From: Callorhinchus milii | Lineage: Eukaryota | Direction of reading: 5' to 3' | Length of the DNA: 64,000 nucleotides | Assembly (NCBI RefSeq): GCF_018977255.1 | Contig: NW_024704742.1 | Coordinates: 85,810,001-85,874,000, forward strand | In this document: one piece after another, positions 11,887 to 25,629 of the stretch | How positions within the stretch are numbered: the first letter of the stretch is position 1 | Layout of the letters: each line of letters begins with the position of its first letter | Position numbers and translations under genes: made by a program | The notes under the pieces: generated by a model | What the model saw: only the letters and a program-made list of their open reading frames with translations | What the model was told of the DNA's origin: nothing | The model's database searches: none

Positions 11887-14130
11887 TGGAGATGGGCCTT
11901 GAAGTAGGCAAAGGAGTGAGCGAGGCAAAGGCACTGTGGGATGGGAGTTCTAAAGGGTGGGGCCAGAGAGGCTAAAGGGCTGACCGTCAATGGTGGGGTG
12001 GGCCGGGGAGGGGACACGTAGTAGCCTGGAGTCTGCTGAGTGGAGGAAGCGCACAGTTGGATTTATATAGCGTCCTTCATGTAGGACAACATCTTGGAGC
12101 GTTTAACAATGGTGCAGCTGGACCCCAATGCAAGGAGGAGGTGACCATTGGCATGCTCAAAGAGGTAAGTTCTAAGGCGAATTTAAAGACAAATAGAGAG
12201 GAGGTGAGGCAGACGGATAGAGGCAGAGAGTTCCAGCTGGGGCCTAGTGACTGAATAACAGGTGGGATCAGACAGGGAGAATAGTGCTGCAGAGCCTAAA
12301 GAATGGGCATACCTTGACAAATACTAGAGGAAATAAATGTATGCGAGTCTCAGATAACCCGTATACTTTCTCCCAGCTGTATGCTGACATAATTTAGCTC
12401 AGTTTGTGCATCTATTTTTAGATTCATATAAGACTGGGAACATTCAGAATAAATCCTAGACAAATCCTCCTAATTGGACACAGGATGGTACAACTTCTTA
12501 GGAATTCCGTATTCAGAGGAATTTCTCAATCTCTTCAGTAACTAGGGGCCTAACCTCTGGAACTCTATCTAATGGCCATAATCACTGGTCACTGGTCAGT
12601 GCTTATTTGAATGAGAACATCAATTCATATGCATAAGTAAAGCCAACCAGCTGCCTCCACTAAGAAAGTGGCCGACTTCCAGGGCATTGGTGTGTCACTC
12701 ACTCAACAACTTACATAGGGCCCTTCCTCCGGATGGCATCTCGGAGCGCTTGAAAATCTTGCCCACTGTTGCTTTCGAGCATGGAAGCATGGACACAGAG
12801 GAGAAGAGCGAGTCACCTAGCTAAACTGTGCAATACAACACTCAAACACAGATGGATGTTTCAAGTTCTCAATCTCTTCAGGAACTATGTCCCTAACCAC
12901 TGGAACTCCCTCTGCCTACCCCTCTACCTCTGTCAGAAAGTAGTTGTTTGAGCATTACCCCAGGAATTGAATTTTTAGTTTTTGTTTAAAACGTGCCAAT
13001 TCAGGTGGATGTTAAAGATCCCCTGGCACTATTAAAAAGAGAAGGGAGTTTCTCCTGGTTTCCTTGCCAACAATCCCCAGCGAGTCAGTGATGAGAGGGC
13101 ATCAATTTAAGATAATTCACAAAGGAGTTTTTAACAGAGTTGTTAGAATGTTGTCTTTCCAGGTTTGGTTGTTATGGCGGGATCTACATTACCTTTCAAG
13201 AGGGAACTAGATAGATATCTAAAACGAAGTAATTTGCAAGTATATGAGGAAAAGGTAGGTAAATAGGAGAGCCTTCAGCCACTCTGACCCCAACTTCTGG
13301 AATTCCATCTCCCAGTCACTCCGCCTCGCTCCCTCTTTAGCCTCCTTCAAGTCCTGCCTCAGTACCCTTCTCTTCGACCATGCCATCAGCCACCCCCCTT
13401 CCTCTCTCCTCCCTTACCCCCACAGCTCGAGTCTGAAATGCTGTACTCTGTCTAGCGCCTTGGGACGTCTTCCCGACGTGAAAGGCGCGACACAAATTTA
13501 ATCTTATTGCTGTTGTTATAATGGTGGTCAGGATTTAATGTTGGATAAATGTCACTTTAAAGTTCATCTCTGTGCAGAATGGAGTTAACAATTATTGGCA
13601 GACAAGCATTATTTATGAATATAGCAAAGGACAACTTTTGAAAAGATAATGGTCCTTGAAATACTATTGTGTGATGCAGAAGCCAGTTTGCAAATAACAT
13701 TGTCCCTCAATCAGCCATTAAGTGAATAACCAATTTTAACTGGAGGATTGTTGGCCAGGACACAGGGAGAAACTCACTTTTCTTTTCGAATAGAATCCAT
13801 CTAAACAGGCAGACAGATTTAACATCTCCACAAATTCATAAGTATTTGGAGCAATGGTTTGGTTTGGTCCCTCGGTATTTGGTCCCTCGGTTTTAAGCAT
13901 CAGCAAAATTCTCTAGCACACACAGTCATCTCGGTTTTGTAATGGTGGAACAAGAGGCAGTCTATCAATGTAGTAATATAATCCTGCTCAAAAGAAACAT
14001 CACTTGATTTCTTTCCTCTCCTTTATTAAAGTAAGAGGAACGGATATCCCAGAAACAAGAAGGCGAGCTCAAATTCCCCTAGATGCAGATGTATTCCTGG
14101 GCAATTGTTCCAGAATCTGATATTCAAGGG

Positions 14131-14460
14131 CAACAACAACAACAACAACAAGATTCCATTTATAAAGCGTCTTTCACGTCAGGAGGACGTCCCAAGGCGC
14201 TGCACAGTTGGGTCAGGACCCGAGCAGGGGGGAAATGATCAGGGTGAGGGGAGGGAAGGGAGGGAGCGAGGAGGGGGGAAATGGTCAGGGTGAGGGGAGG
14301 GAAGGGAGGGAGCGAGGAGGGGGAAGAGAGTCGAGAGGGGAGCTGAAGGCTCGGTCAAAGAGAAAGGTTTTGAGACCGGCCTTGAAGGAGGAGATGGAGG
14401 AAGCAAGGCGAAGGCACTGGGGGATGGAGTTCCAGAGCCTGGGGGCTGAGAGACTGAAGG
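14131..14460 (-). mobile_element. Young L2 3' fragment, near-identical to ~1064-1390
   Basis: Same 3'UTR, including an internal tandem duplication; TSD AAGGGCAA at 14126-14133 and 14457-14464. Confidence 0.92.
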
Positions 14461-14789
14461 GCAATGTCATAATGTAGCCTAATTAAAAGATTTCTTAAGA
14501 ATGGGGTGAGAAATATCCACAAATGCATCCAATACTTTAGAAATTTGAGAATTACAGCATAGAAAGATGACAGATTTGGACTCCAATATCCCAAGAGACA
14601 ATCTAGTTAGCAGCCATGCGTCAAGAGCTGAATTAAGAAGTGCTGTTGATAAAAAGATTTAAGAGCTGGTTAGCTACCCAGCTTTCTTGGAAATAAAATG
14701 TTGCAAGGGGCCTGTGGGAAAGCAATTAAAGCAATTACTTCTGTACTTCAGCACCAGTGATCCCTGAAATTGTTGCACAATCTACTTAC

Positions 14790-14903
14790 AGAATCACAAT
14801 CTCTTCTTTCTTTCCACATTTGGCACAAAGTTCGAGTTTGAGAGCACAAGGTTTACACATAACGTGGTAAGGTTCCTTTACGGTCTTCTGAAGGCACTTA
14901 ACA
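14790..14903 (-). CDS. C9orf85: C9orf85 homolog, coding exon 3 (CVKCLQKTVKEPYHVMCKPCALKLELCAKCGKKEEIVI)
   Basis: Not in the ORF track; read by hand. Acceptor CTCTCTGATATAG|T, donor CT|GTAAGT; 114 nt, phase 2 to 2; three CxxC pairs typical of this family. Confidence 0.92.
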
Positions 14904-16459
14904 CTATATCAGAGAGGGAAAAAGAAATTGTCATTCAAGATCCTTGCCTTCACTTTAAAATCCCTCCATGGCCTCACCCCACCCTACCTCTGTGACTTCT
15001 GTCCCATCTGTTACTCCATTCAACAAACACTGACCAGTTTATGATCTCCACCACATCCATCTCAGCCATTTTACTCTCTGGAAATCTATCCTTTCCCCTC
15101 CCACCTGCCTTCAAAACCTGCATTAAGACCCATTTCTTCAATCAGGCTTTCTGCCACCTTTCCTCCACCCACCCTCTGAGCTCAGGCTCCCACTCAGCTA
15201 TGTGAAGCACTATAAGATGTCCTTCTGACATGAAAAACCCTACATAAATTGTGACATAACATTTAAAACAAAACATTTAACCACAATCTACCTAACCACC
15301 ATAAATCAATTTGATATGACAAAAGAGAAATATAAAAATACCTGAAAAATCCTACTGATGAATTTATCTAAAGTTAGACTGGCCAGTAAATAATTATTTC
15401 ATTTTTTTTAAAAAAAAGCAACCACATAACCTGGATCTAATTGGAGAAGCACGCTTCTGCCATAAAATGTGTTATAGTTAAACCCCAGCTAACCGGACCA
15501 ATGGGAGGGAGAGCTAGAATTTCTGTAAGTGTAAATACAATACAAATACCAGTAAGTCGGTACTGTGATTGCAATTGTTTGAATCCTGCGAGCAGAAGAT
15601 AACGAATAACCTATTTTCTGCTCGCGGGATTCAAACCGAGTCAGAATGAATATTGTATCCCTAGCCTGTGAAGTACAGCAAGCATGTGAGACGGGGATCT
15701 GCGCTTGGAAAGTTGAGCGGGCGCGCATCTACACATCGGCAAGAGTAAATTTGGGGTTGATGGCTGTTTTTAAAATTCCGTTTCGGTCTGGCTAGGTATG
15801 AAATCTGGAGACTTGGGAATCTGTAAGCCGAGGATTTACTGTATTAGCATTATTTAATATATATTGGCTATCATCTTAAGCCTCATTTGTAAATCTGGAC
15901 TGACGCCATTCCAAACTGTTTAGAAGCAAATTGTGGTCAAACCTCATCTAGAACATTTACACATTTTCTCCTCTTCACTGTCTCCTCAGCTCTATGAAGA
16001 TTGGGAGTTGGAGGTGGGCACGTGGGAAGGAAGAAATCAATGGCATTTCAGCAGCGTTCACTTTTTTATCTTGCGTGATGGGACGCTATACACATGTCAG
16101 TTGTTGTTGGATTAAGGAAAGTCATTCAAATTCTTTGAAATACCCACCCTTCCCCCGAGACCGCTGAATAATGGTAACACCCAATCCTAAGTAAAAATGT
16201 TGTAAGCCATCATCTGGTTTCTTGGTTCGCAAGGCCACTGGTTCAAAAGCAGGAGTTGCCTTCCAGGTGGCATTTTACAAGACATCAATTGAATTAACTT
16301 GTGGTTCTGTAAATTTGATATTTAATTTGAAACATCTGCTAACCTCTTGCATTGGAAAACCCACCTGGTTACAATGCCCATCTTGCCTCCTGTAGCAAGA
16401 AGCAGTACTGCCTGGATTCAATTTATTTCTGTTCACCACATTACCGAAAGGATATTTTA

Positions 16460-16795
16460 GCATGGGGAGAATGCAATGTTGATTTACAAAGATGCTACCA
16501 GACATGAAGTGGATACAGCTGTCAAGAAAGAGTGGACAAGTTGGAACATCTGTCTAGAGAAGAGAATTGAGAACGGACCTACAAGAGGTATTTGAAATTA
16601 TGAAACAATTTTATAGGGTGGACATGAATAGGCTATTTACACCTGATAGGGAGATCAAAATAAGAGGCATAAATAATTAATATAGCTAGTAGTAGATCTA
16701 AAAAGGAGTTAAGACAAACGTCTTTACATAGAAGGTGGCAAGAATGTGGACTTCACCACTGGAAAATGTGGTTGAAGCTAAAAGCATCGACATAT
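16460..16795 (+). mobile_element. Old CR1 3' fragment
   Basis: Degenerate ERMQ.RFTKM...LEKRR.R.DL.EVF.IMK pattern. Confidence 0.65.
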
Positions 16796-17195
16796 TTGGC
16801 CAAAATCCCCCAAATAAAACTGGTCACTCACTTCATGACTGTTTGTGGGATATTGCTGTGAACAACTGGCTGTGCGTTTCATCCACAAAATACAGTGAAT
16901 CCACTTCATAGTACATCCTGTGAAGCGCTTTGAAACACCTCAATGGCATGATAAGGTACTAAATCAAATGCAAGGATTATTATTATTAAGATTCAGTATA
17001 TTTAAGGTCTTGCAAACAGGAAAAATCAGGTCTGGCTGACATCCAATGCTTGTAATGTGAGTGGCAGGGGGCGCTATTTGACAGGGCTGATCCAGGGATC
17101 ATTGCAAAACACTAAGGTCGATTGAGAAATTTATCTTGAATGCCTGAAGTGAGTAACACATTAAGAAAAATAATAATAATAAGTTTGTAACTTAC

Positions 17196-17302
17196 CACTT
17201 GCGAGCCAGAGTAAGTGGCTTATATTTGCTGTACTTTATTTTCCATTCTAACACTTCTTTACAATGACGACAGACACCAGAATGCTCCTTGGCATTTATT
17301 TT
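17196..17302 (-). CDS. C9orf85: C9orf85 homolog, coding exon 2 (KINAKEHSGVCRHCKEVLEWKIKYSKYKPLTLARK)
   Basis: Acceptor TTTTCCTTCCAG|AAA and donor TG|GTAAG; 107 nt, phase 0 to 2. Contains the conserved GVCxxCKEVLEWxxKYSKYKPL motif. Confidence 0.93.
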
Positions 17303-20300
17303 CTGGAAGGAAAATGGTTTTTGTATTACTGAACATAAAAATCTGCATCCAGGCTTATCTTCTGCAGTATCCTCTTTTAATGGACATTTTATATTTAAAA
17401 CTGAGAAATTTAGAAAAAGGCCAAGACCTGTAATGGAGTGCACACAAAGGCTGGAAACAGTAGGAATGGAAAATGAAAGATAAGTGACCTCCACAAGTCA
17501 AGTACTGTTCATAATTTAAGGAGTGAGCTATCTGGGACCCATTCCTCAGATTTGTCTGATGGCTCAACAATGCCATGCCAACATCACAACGAGTCTGTGT
17601 GGCCCGGAGAGCGTCTGGCTGGCTGGTGCATTCCAGACTCACCAAAAACAAATTTCTCAAGATTATTGTGGGATCAGTTTCTGATTGGCTGGTTCAGAAA
17701 ATAAAGATTTGTGGGAAGTTTGGATGGCTTACTATAATAACAACAACAAAATTACATTTGGCTTACTATAACAACAAATTACATTTATATAGCGCGTTTC
17801 ATGTCGAGAGGATGTCCCAATGCGCTGGATAGTCAGGGGCTTGGACCTGAGCTGGGGGTTGGGATCAGGAGGGGTGGAATGCAGGAGTAGGAGGATGACC
17901 GAAGGCACGATCGAAAAGGAGGGTCTTGAGACGGGCCTTGAAGGAGTCAAGGGAGGGGACAAGGTGAAGAGATTGTGGGATGGAGTTCTAGAGGGTGGGG
18001 GCAGAACTCAACATTTGCTAGCTCTTTCCCAATCTGGCACTTGCTTTTTAGTCAAAATGAGAAAAGGAAAGAAACATATTCCTTGGGATACAATTTTGGA
18101 ATTCGCTTTTTTCAGTCTGGTTGAAGAATGGCCTTTTCACCACAATATTCACTGCTAAATTGCTGTCATAGCAATGAACTAGGTGCCACACCAATGCTAA
18201 AAGAAAGTGAATTTGCAAGGCAATGGTACAAATCTGTGTCTTAATCTGTTCAAAGCAGCTGTATACTGATGTTCACAATCAGGACTTTTTTTGCTCTCCT
18301 GGCTGTCAGACACATCTAGAAATCCATCATGTGCTTAAGACTATCAAAACATACGTCTGCCACTTACACATGAAAATTTCTGTGTTTCTGGAATGGAATG
18401 CACATTCTCTTCTTGGAGAGCTGCACCTGCTTATCGATTTTGGGACATGACATGTCAAGTGATTACCAGGATTGTGGTAGGAAAACTAGATGGACCTTGG
18501 TCTTCTTTCGCCTAGCAAATTCTTATGTTCGGATGGTCTTTTTCCAGCGTCTAGAAGGTGCAGATTGGCAAGAGCCAAGACTTGGCAATCCAAGAGTGTG
18601 CGTTGAGGTACTGCTGCAGTTCAATCAGTCAAAACCACATAGGTCTCGGTACAGGAATTTAGGAGAATCTGGGTTCCATTCTTAATGTTCCAGAAACAGG
18701 TCTTTATAATGTTCATTTGTTGCTGGCTTTAATCCAGCAAGAACATGAGAAGAAGCTCTGGATTTTTAATCATTCAACATCTCAGGAACAAGCCCCCAAA
18801 AAACTTCAGGAAACATTAAATGCACCAAGTATACTTGGCGGAAAACCTTCCTCTTCGAACGTGCTTAAGGAAGCTATATAAATGCAAGTTGTTGTTGTCA
18901 CTGAGACCAAGGGATTACCAAAGGCCCAAAAGTAATTCCACTCAGTACAAATCATACTTTTAACAGAAGGTTGAGGGTTAAGCCTATGCTGAAGCTTTAA
19001 AGGTGAACGTTACCGATCCCATACAACTATTAGAAAAGGGAAAGGAGTTTCTCCCAACATTCTGGCCATCAATCCTCCAGATTAAATCGGTCATTCACCT
19101 AACAGTTGTTTGTGAGAATTTGCTGGCACAAATGTCTGGCATGTTTGTCTACAAAAACAATTACTACACTCAACAATAATTACTTATCACAATTTGACGT
19201 GATAAGATGCTATAAAGATACAAGGTATTTTTTCCATTAATTATCACAAAGGGAGATTTTGTGGGACTGATTTTCTTGGCCTGTTCAGCAAAGAATTCCT
19301 GGCTGGAGATGGGATAGTTTGTTAGCAAATGCTTAGGTAGCTGAATCAGTGGCGCAGCTCTTGATGTAGAGTGAATACAGAAAGTTTGTGGGTTTCATAC
19401 ATTCCCCCGCCCCCACCAAAAAGTTTAAAATAATGATCTGTATATTTAGTATAGTGCCTTATTGCATCGTCAAAACGTCTCAAAGAGAGTTAAAAGAGAA
19501 AATATTTCACCCATTTTATCTCATACTTCCACTCTACCTACTAAAATACAGTCAATTCACTTTCACTTTATATTCTGTGAAGTGCTTTGAGACATCTCAA
19601 AGAAGTGATAAGGCACTATATTAAAATACAAGGATTATTATTATTATTATAGTTTGTGTCACTTATTGCTAAGTGGCCTCTGTAACAATATTTACCCTCC
19701 TTTTACTCTAACAGAACTCGAGCAGACTTTATAGAAGTTCAGAAGTAGTTTGTATTAAATGCCCTTGCCCTAGCTTACCTCAATCACAATAGCACAAGTA
19801 AACTATTGCAACATTCAACAGTAAAATTTCTATCTAAGACCTAATGTAATACTAATATAATCAAGACTAGCTACAATTCATAGAATCATACAGCACGAGG
19901 AGGCCATTCGGCCCATCGTGTCTGTGGGCTCTTTAAAAAGAGCTATCCAATTCAATCCCACTCCCCCACTCTCTCCCCATAGCTCTGCAATCTTGTCCTC
20001 CCCAAATTATATTGAATTGAAAGAAACCAATCTTGACTTGGAGCTTCGCCACCAGTCAGGCACGCACCTTAATGTCCACGTCAGCAGATGGAAGTGACCC
20101 CAAAAGAATCTACAACCTTGATCCCTTTCAATCCACCTAATGGTATATCCCCTTAGTCCCTCCCCTTTTGGCTTTTTCTGCCAAAAAGACTCCAGTCTCC
20201 AGTCTGTCTGCTTAATTAATGTATGGTTTGAATTCTGGTTAGACAATGCCCTGGCCGGAATCATGCGTCTTCCCCTCGCTTTTCGTACTTTTTCGTATAA

Positions 20301-23300
20301 TTTTTCATACTATTAAGACTACAAAGAAAATAGAAGTCCATTTTGTAATGAAGGGAATCACCTGCTACACTTTCTCTTTCTCTCAGCGATCAGCCCACAC
20401 CTTTATACACAGAGACAGACAGGCAGATACACACACACGCACCTTTACACACATAATCCTATTTTGTATGTTACCACGGTTTAATAGCAAAAATCCTTAG
20501 ACTGACACTGAGTGAATAAAGGTGCTGGCAATCGCTCTAAAGCAAAATCTGTCCAAGATTAGTGAGAAAAAGAAGCATGTTCACTTTAAAAGTCAAAATA
20601 AAGTAAAAAGGAGATATTTCCTACTGTTACGTACATTTGAGGTGTTTTCATTCAATAATGATGCAGGAGCTGGATGCAGAATGCAGTGATGCTTAATTAT
20701 CATCATTTTGAAGGCCATAAGCAGCATATCTTCTGTAATTGGAGCCCTTGATATCCAACAAGTGTGCTCTTCATTGGTTATGAACATTCAAACACTCATC
20801 CAAACAAAGCACAGCCTTATGCTCTGCAGTCCAGCCTGAATAAGCTTGTACAACCTGTTTGCAGTTGCTAGCGCCTCAAGAATAATGATTAGTTTCCAGA
20901 CAGGGTTTTTCTAGATACACTGTACGAATCGTTTCATTTTCCAAAGTATTTAAAATACCTTTTTCTGTTGGGCAATTTGCCAATTGAGCATTCCAGACCG
21001 CCACATGTAGGCAATTCCAATAAAGAAAGATTATCAACAGTTTTAAGTTTCAGGTTTTTCGTTGAATGGACAGAAACCACACAATAACGTGCTTCAAAAA
21101 TTGTTTCCGATTTCCTCTCCAAGGATTTGCTTCCATAGAAATGGCCCCATTAGTTTAAAAAAAACACTGTGTTCAAAGAGCTGTCCCTTGAACAGTTTTG
21201 CAAATTCTGAACACTTCCTTTGCATTTCTTTATATTGTTAGAATGGTTTACTGGCTCTTTGGAGCTCTACAAAGCAACATACTTCACCGGTCTCAACTTC
21301 ACTGGACATTTTAACAGCTTTGATGACCTTTATTTGAGTAGAACAGCTAACAGGAAACAGGCGCTAGGTATGAAATGACAGGCCTGTTGCCCTCGACTGG
21401 TTGAATTAGCAATGCTCCTCCACTAGAGAGTGCTGGTCATTGTCAAACTCTTCCTCACCTAGTGGCAGAGAGAATGAAGAATTTTACCAATACTTCCCAC
21501 TTAAAACAAAATGGGCAATTTTCTTGTCGTTTTCAATTGCTGTTAAGAACGGCATGTTTGAGATGTCTTCTTGACATTAAAGGTGCTATATCTAATGTAA
21601 ACATTTTTATTATTTTACAATGCATTTCTGTAAAGTTTCGCGACTTGTCTATTTTTGGGCAAACGCAGCAGCCAAATTACATACAGCAATGTTCCACAAA
21701 CAACCAGGAGAGAATGACCAATTTTATCTGGATTGTAGGATTGAGAACCCGGGGAGAAACACCCTTCTCTTGTTGAGTAATTTCCTCTAGGCGGGCAAAT
21801 TAGTAAGTGGAAAGCACAATGATTCACAGGAAAATTTGATTTATGAGAAGAATTTTGAGATTTGGATCATCTTGCACAGTAAACTCAGTGGATTAACCCA
21901 AAACTAGCCAGCAATTTTCACTTTTGCGCAGCAATGTAAATGACATTTGTGAGGAATTTATTATAACTGAACCAACCTTTAAGATCTGGAGGTGCTACAA
22001 CAGTTGGTTCCTCTGAATCATAACTGCTTATTGCTATATTTTTTCTCCAATGGCAATCCAAATGAGAAGCATAAATGCAAACATTACACCACAGAACTTT
22101 GAACTTCATAGTCTGGGCTGACACTCCAATAATGTTGGGGATGCGCTGCATTGTCAATCAGATGAATGTTAAACTGAGGTCCTCTCTGTGCATGTTCACG
22201 TGAATGTTAAAAATCTCATGGCACTGTTTAAGAAGAGAAGGGAGTTTCTTCCACTGTCCTGCCCAGCAACCCTCCAAATAAAATTGGTCATTCATTTCAT
22301 GACTGTTTGTGGAACACACCTGCACACAAATTAGCTGCTGTGTTTGCCTACAGATACAGTCACTCGATACAACTTCAAGGTAAATGTTTGTGAAATGCTT
22401 TGAGACACTTCAGTGATGTGATAAAGCATTACATTAAATACAAGGATTGTTAACATATTATTATCAAAAAGTATAATTAAGTTACAGGTTTCAATTTTTT
22501 TGACATTTATTTTCTGGACTGTCATTATGTTCCATCTTAACAATGGCAATTACTTGAACAACTCCATGTACTTAGTGCTAATAATCAAGTGTGTAGCCTT
22601 ACCAATCCAAATAAATCCATTGCATGTGCACTGCTTAGGCACAGGCCCTAGAGTTTCAGATTCCTGAGAGACTGAATTTATTTATCATGGTGTGCACAAA
22701 GGGAGCCATTTATTAAATGTTCATATAAAAAAAACAGCTACTAAACAAACAGCAGCACAAGCAAAGGTGAGGTAATGTCTGAATCACCACAGGGCAGAGA
22801 ATTACAACATGCATATTTATTCAGGCAATGACAATTTTCTAAGATCCAATTTACGTTGTTTCCTTGGCACAGGGAATTTAGAAAGAAGATTCACAAGTCC
22901 AGGATACTAGAGTTGGTGCACTGGTTACCAGATGAATAGTTTGTTCACCAATAGTAAGCAAAGGGTAGGCATTACAGATCCCACTGGGGATGGGGGGGAA
23001 GGAGAATGGATTCCATTTCCAGTGGGGTCCTGATGGATTGGGTTGCCTGTGATTTAATATTCATCAATGACATTGTCAGACGCATAAACAGTTCTATAGC
23101 CGTGTGCTGAAGACACTGAGATCAGTGCAAACTTGGATCTAGAAAAGATGGGGACCATTTGCAAGCTCCTGTTCAGGTGGGCATAAAGCAATAAAATATC
23201 CTTTAATCTGGGAAAATTCAATATAGTGCACCTTAGGCATCAATTTCAATGATTTGGTCCTTATGGGTGGGGTTCTCCTCAAGGTGGTAGATGAAGAAAA

Positions 23301-24332
23301 AGACTTGGGATAATCAATAATCACACACTGAAGCCTGAAAAACTATGTAAAGTGGTCTTTGGCAGAGTTAAATAAATGCTGGTATGTATAACACACATAA
23401 TATGGAGTCCTGTAGTTTAGTGGTTAGAACACATGCCTAGCAAGTGAGAGGACCTAAATTTGATTCCTGGACAGGGTGAAACATTACTCCACATGCTTCT
23501 GTTTCCCTAGCAGTCAGTACGAACCCACTTGTTAGTTGATTGGCGGATCATTTCTCTGGGGGGTTATAATCCCTTTTTAAAAAAAAATATATTTTTAAAA
23601 AAGGTTACTGAATCTACAAATGTTTGTAGGACACTGCTGTGCACAATTTGAGCTTTGCCCTCAAAATATCCAGTCAATTCATTTTACAGTATATTCTGTC
23701 AAGTGCTTTAAAGTGTCTCGAAGACATGATAATATGCTATATCAAATGCAAGTATTATAATAATAAACTATAAAATTCATCTATAAAATACAGTCACTCC
23801 ACTTTACAGTAAAATACTATGAGGCATTTTGAGACGTCACCTGAAATGAAAAGCATTATATCAAATGTAAGAATAATTATAAATCAATGGTGTCTATTTT
23901 GCCACTCTGGCGCATTCCCTCCTCAAATATTATATCCAGCTGAGGGCACACCCAGGGAAGGTTGTGGAGATACGCGAGAAGGTGTAGAGGAGGACAAGGG
24001 TCATTTTGTCCCTCAGCACCTCTACAACTAGAGATTCAGGGACTTCAAAAACATGCAAGGAATTGTTTAATGACAAATGGCAAGATCTTATGAAGATTTA
24101 CAAAGAATGTACAGCAAGCAAATTAGGCCCAACCAGTTCATTTGCATTGTTTGTACTTCACATGAGGCCCACCCATTCCTTACTCCGACCCATACCCTTC
24201 TCTCTCTCTCACATGAAGATCTAGCTTCCTCTTAAATGCATCTGATTCAACCACCACTTTGAGCAACAAGTTTTCTCAATCTCTGGACTATCCTGTGGAT
24301 GAAATAATTCCTAATTTCTCGTTTAGATCCCC

Positions 24333-24450
24333 TAGTTAATATCTAATAGTCATGTCCTCCGGTTACTGACTCACAACCTGTGGTAACAGCCAAGTTAATA
24401 TCTAATACTCATATCCTCCGGCTACTGACTCACAACCTGTGGGAACAGCC
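24333..24450. repeat. 59-bp tandem duplication within a decayed CR1 fragment
   Basis: AGTTAATATCTAATA.TCAT.TCCTCCGG.TACTGACTCACAACCTGTGG.AACAGCC occurs twice in a row. Confidence 0.85.
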
Positions 24451-25629
24451 TATTGATGCTAACCTTATCAAACCCTTTTATAATTTTACAATTATAAATC
24501 TAATTTTGATTCCCTATTTGGTCCCCTCTCAAACGTATCTTCTCTGGCAAAAAAAGGCCTAACCTAGCCAGCCTACTGTGATAGCAGTAGCCTGCCACCC
24601 TGACGTCATCCCAGTAAACTTGCACTGTACTTTTTTCATTGCTTTATCCTTCTTGTAATGATCAGAATTGAACACAGTGATGCAAAGATGGTCTCACAAA
24701 GGTTTTATACAAGGTTTTATCTTCATGACAAGATCTTTATATGTTCCGAAACTGGAGCTGAAGAGCTTGATAAAAGTCACTTCCAGGTGAATGTCCGGGA
24801 GCTGGGGATATAGAATAGACTCCCAAGTGATAATGTCTATGCAAATAGTATTCACTGGCTCAAGGGGCAGATTTCTCAGAGGACGGATTGGCAACTGCAG
24901 ACAGAGAATCTAAACAGAAATTTGCAGAGCAGAAGGTTTTTTGACTTATCGTGTCAATGTACCACATCTACATTGCTAACAGAAGTATGGCAGTGCATAG
25001 ATTCAATTAGATAGGCTCTTATGTTGATGGGGGCTCTGCGCTCCCTTGAAGTCATTAAGATAGCTTTTGGGAGTTGGAGACAAAGTGCCCAGTAATTTTT
25101 TGGGGGGTTTCTTTGGTGTATGTGTGTGGGAGGCAGAATTGGTGGATTGGGGAGAGAGAATGGATGGTCAAGAATAGGAGAGATATGTTGTTAAAGTATT
25201 GGGTGGGAGGTGGCAATGGGATGGGGGGAGAAGTTATTCCAGAATTGGGCCCAATGGGCTCTGGATGTTTCTCCATTCTTTCGTTTCTGTCTAGGTATCT
25301 ATCTGCTTTCCAAAGCAAATGGATTTTACAGACCACCAATAAATGATCACAATTCAGGACAAATTTGTTTTAGAAGAAATAGATCAATGATACTCTATGA
25401 GGGAAACCAGGATGCGTGTCAAGGGGTAATGCGCATGACAGGGTAACAATTGAAAACATTTTGCTGTAATTCAATGTTCAACAATCCAAGTACATCATGT
25501 ACTCATGATAATAGGGTACAACAACTATTCACAGAAACCGATTTCCAGTTTCACAGCAACCCATCTACTCCAGCACATTCTGCAGGTTATGTTGTTACTA
25601 TGCAGCCTGGGAGTGAATGACAGTACTAA

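Noticed and set aside
10981..11934. 317-aa ORF as a host esterase or domesticated gene
   Set aside because: It is CR1 ORF1, 5'-truncated, starting from a non-ATG codon in L2 DNA, with a stop and a SINE insertion before the catalytic DxxH.
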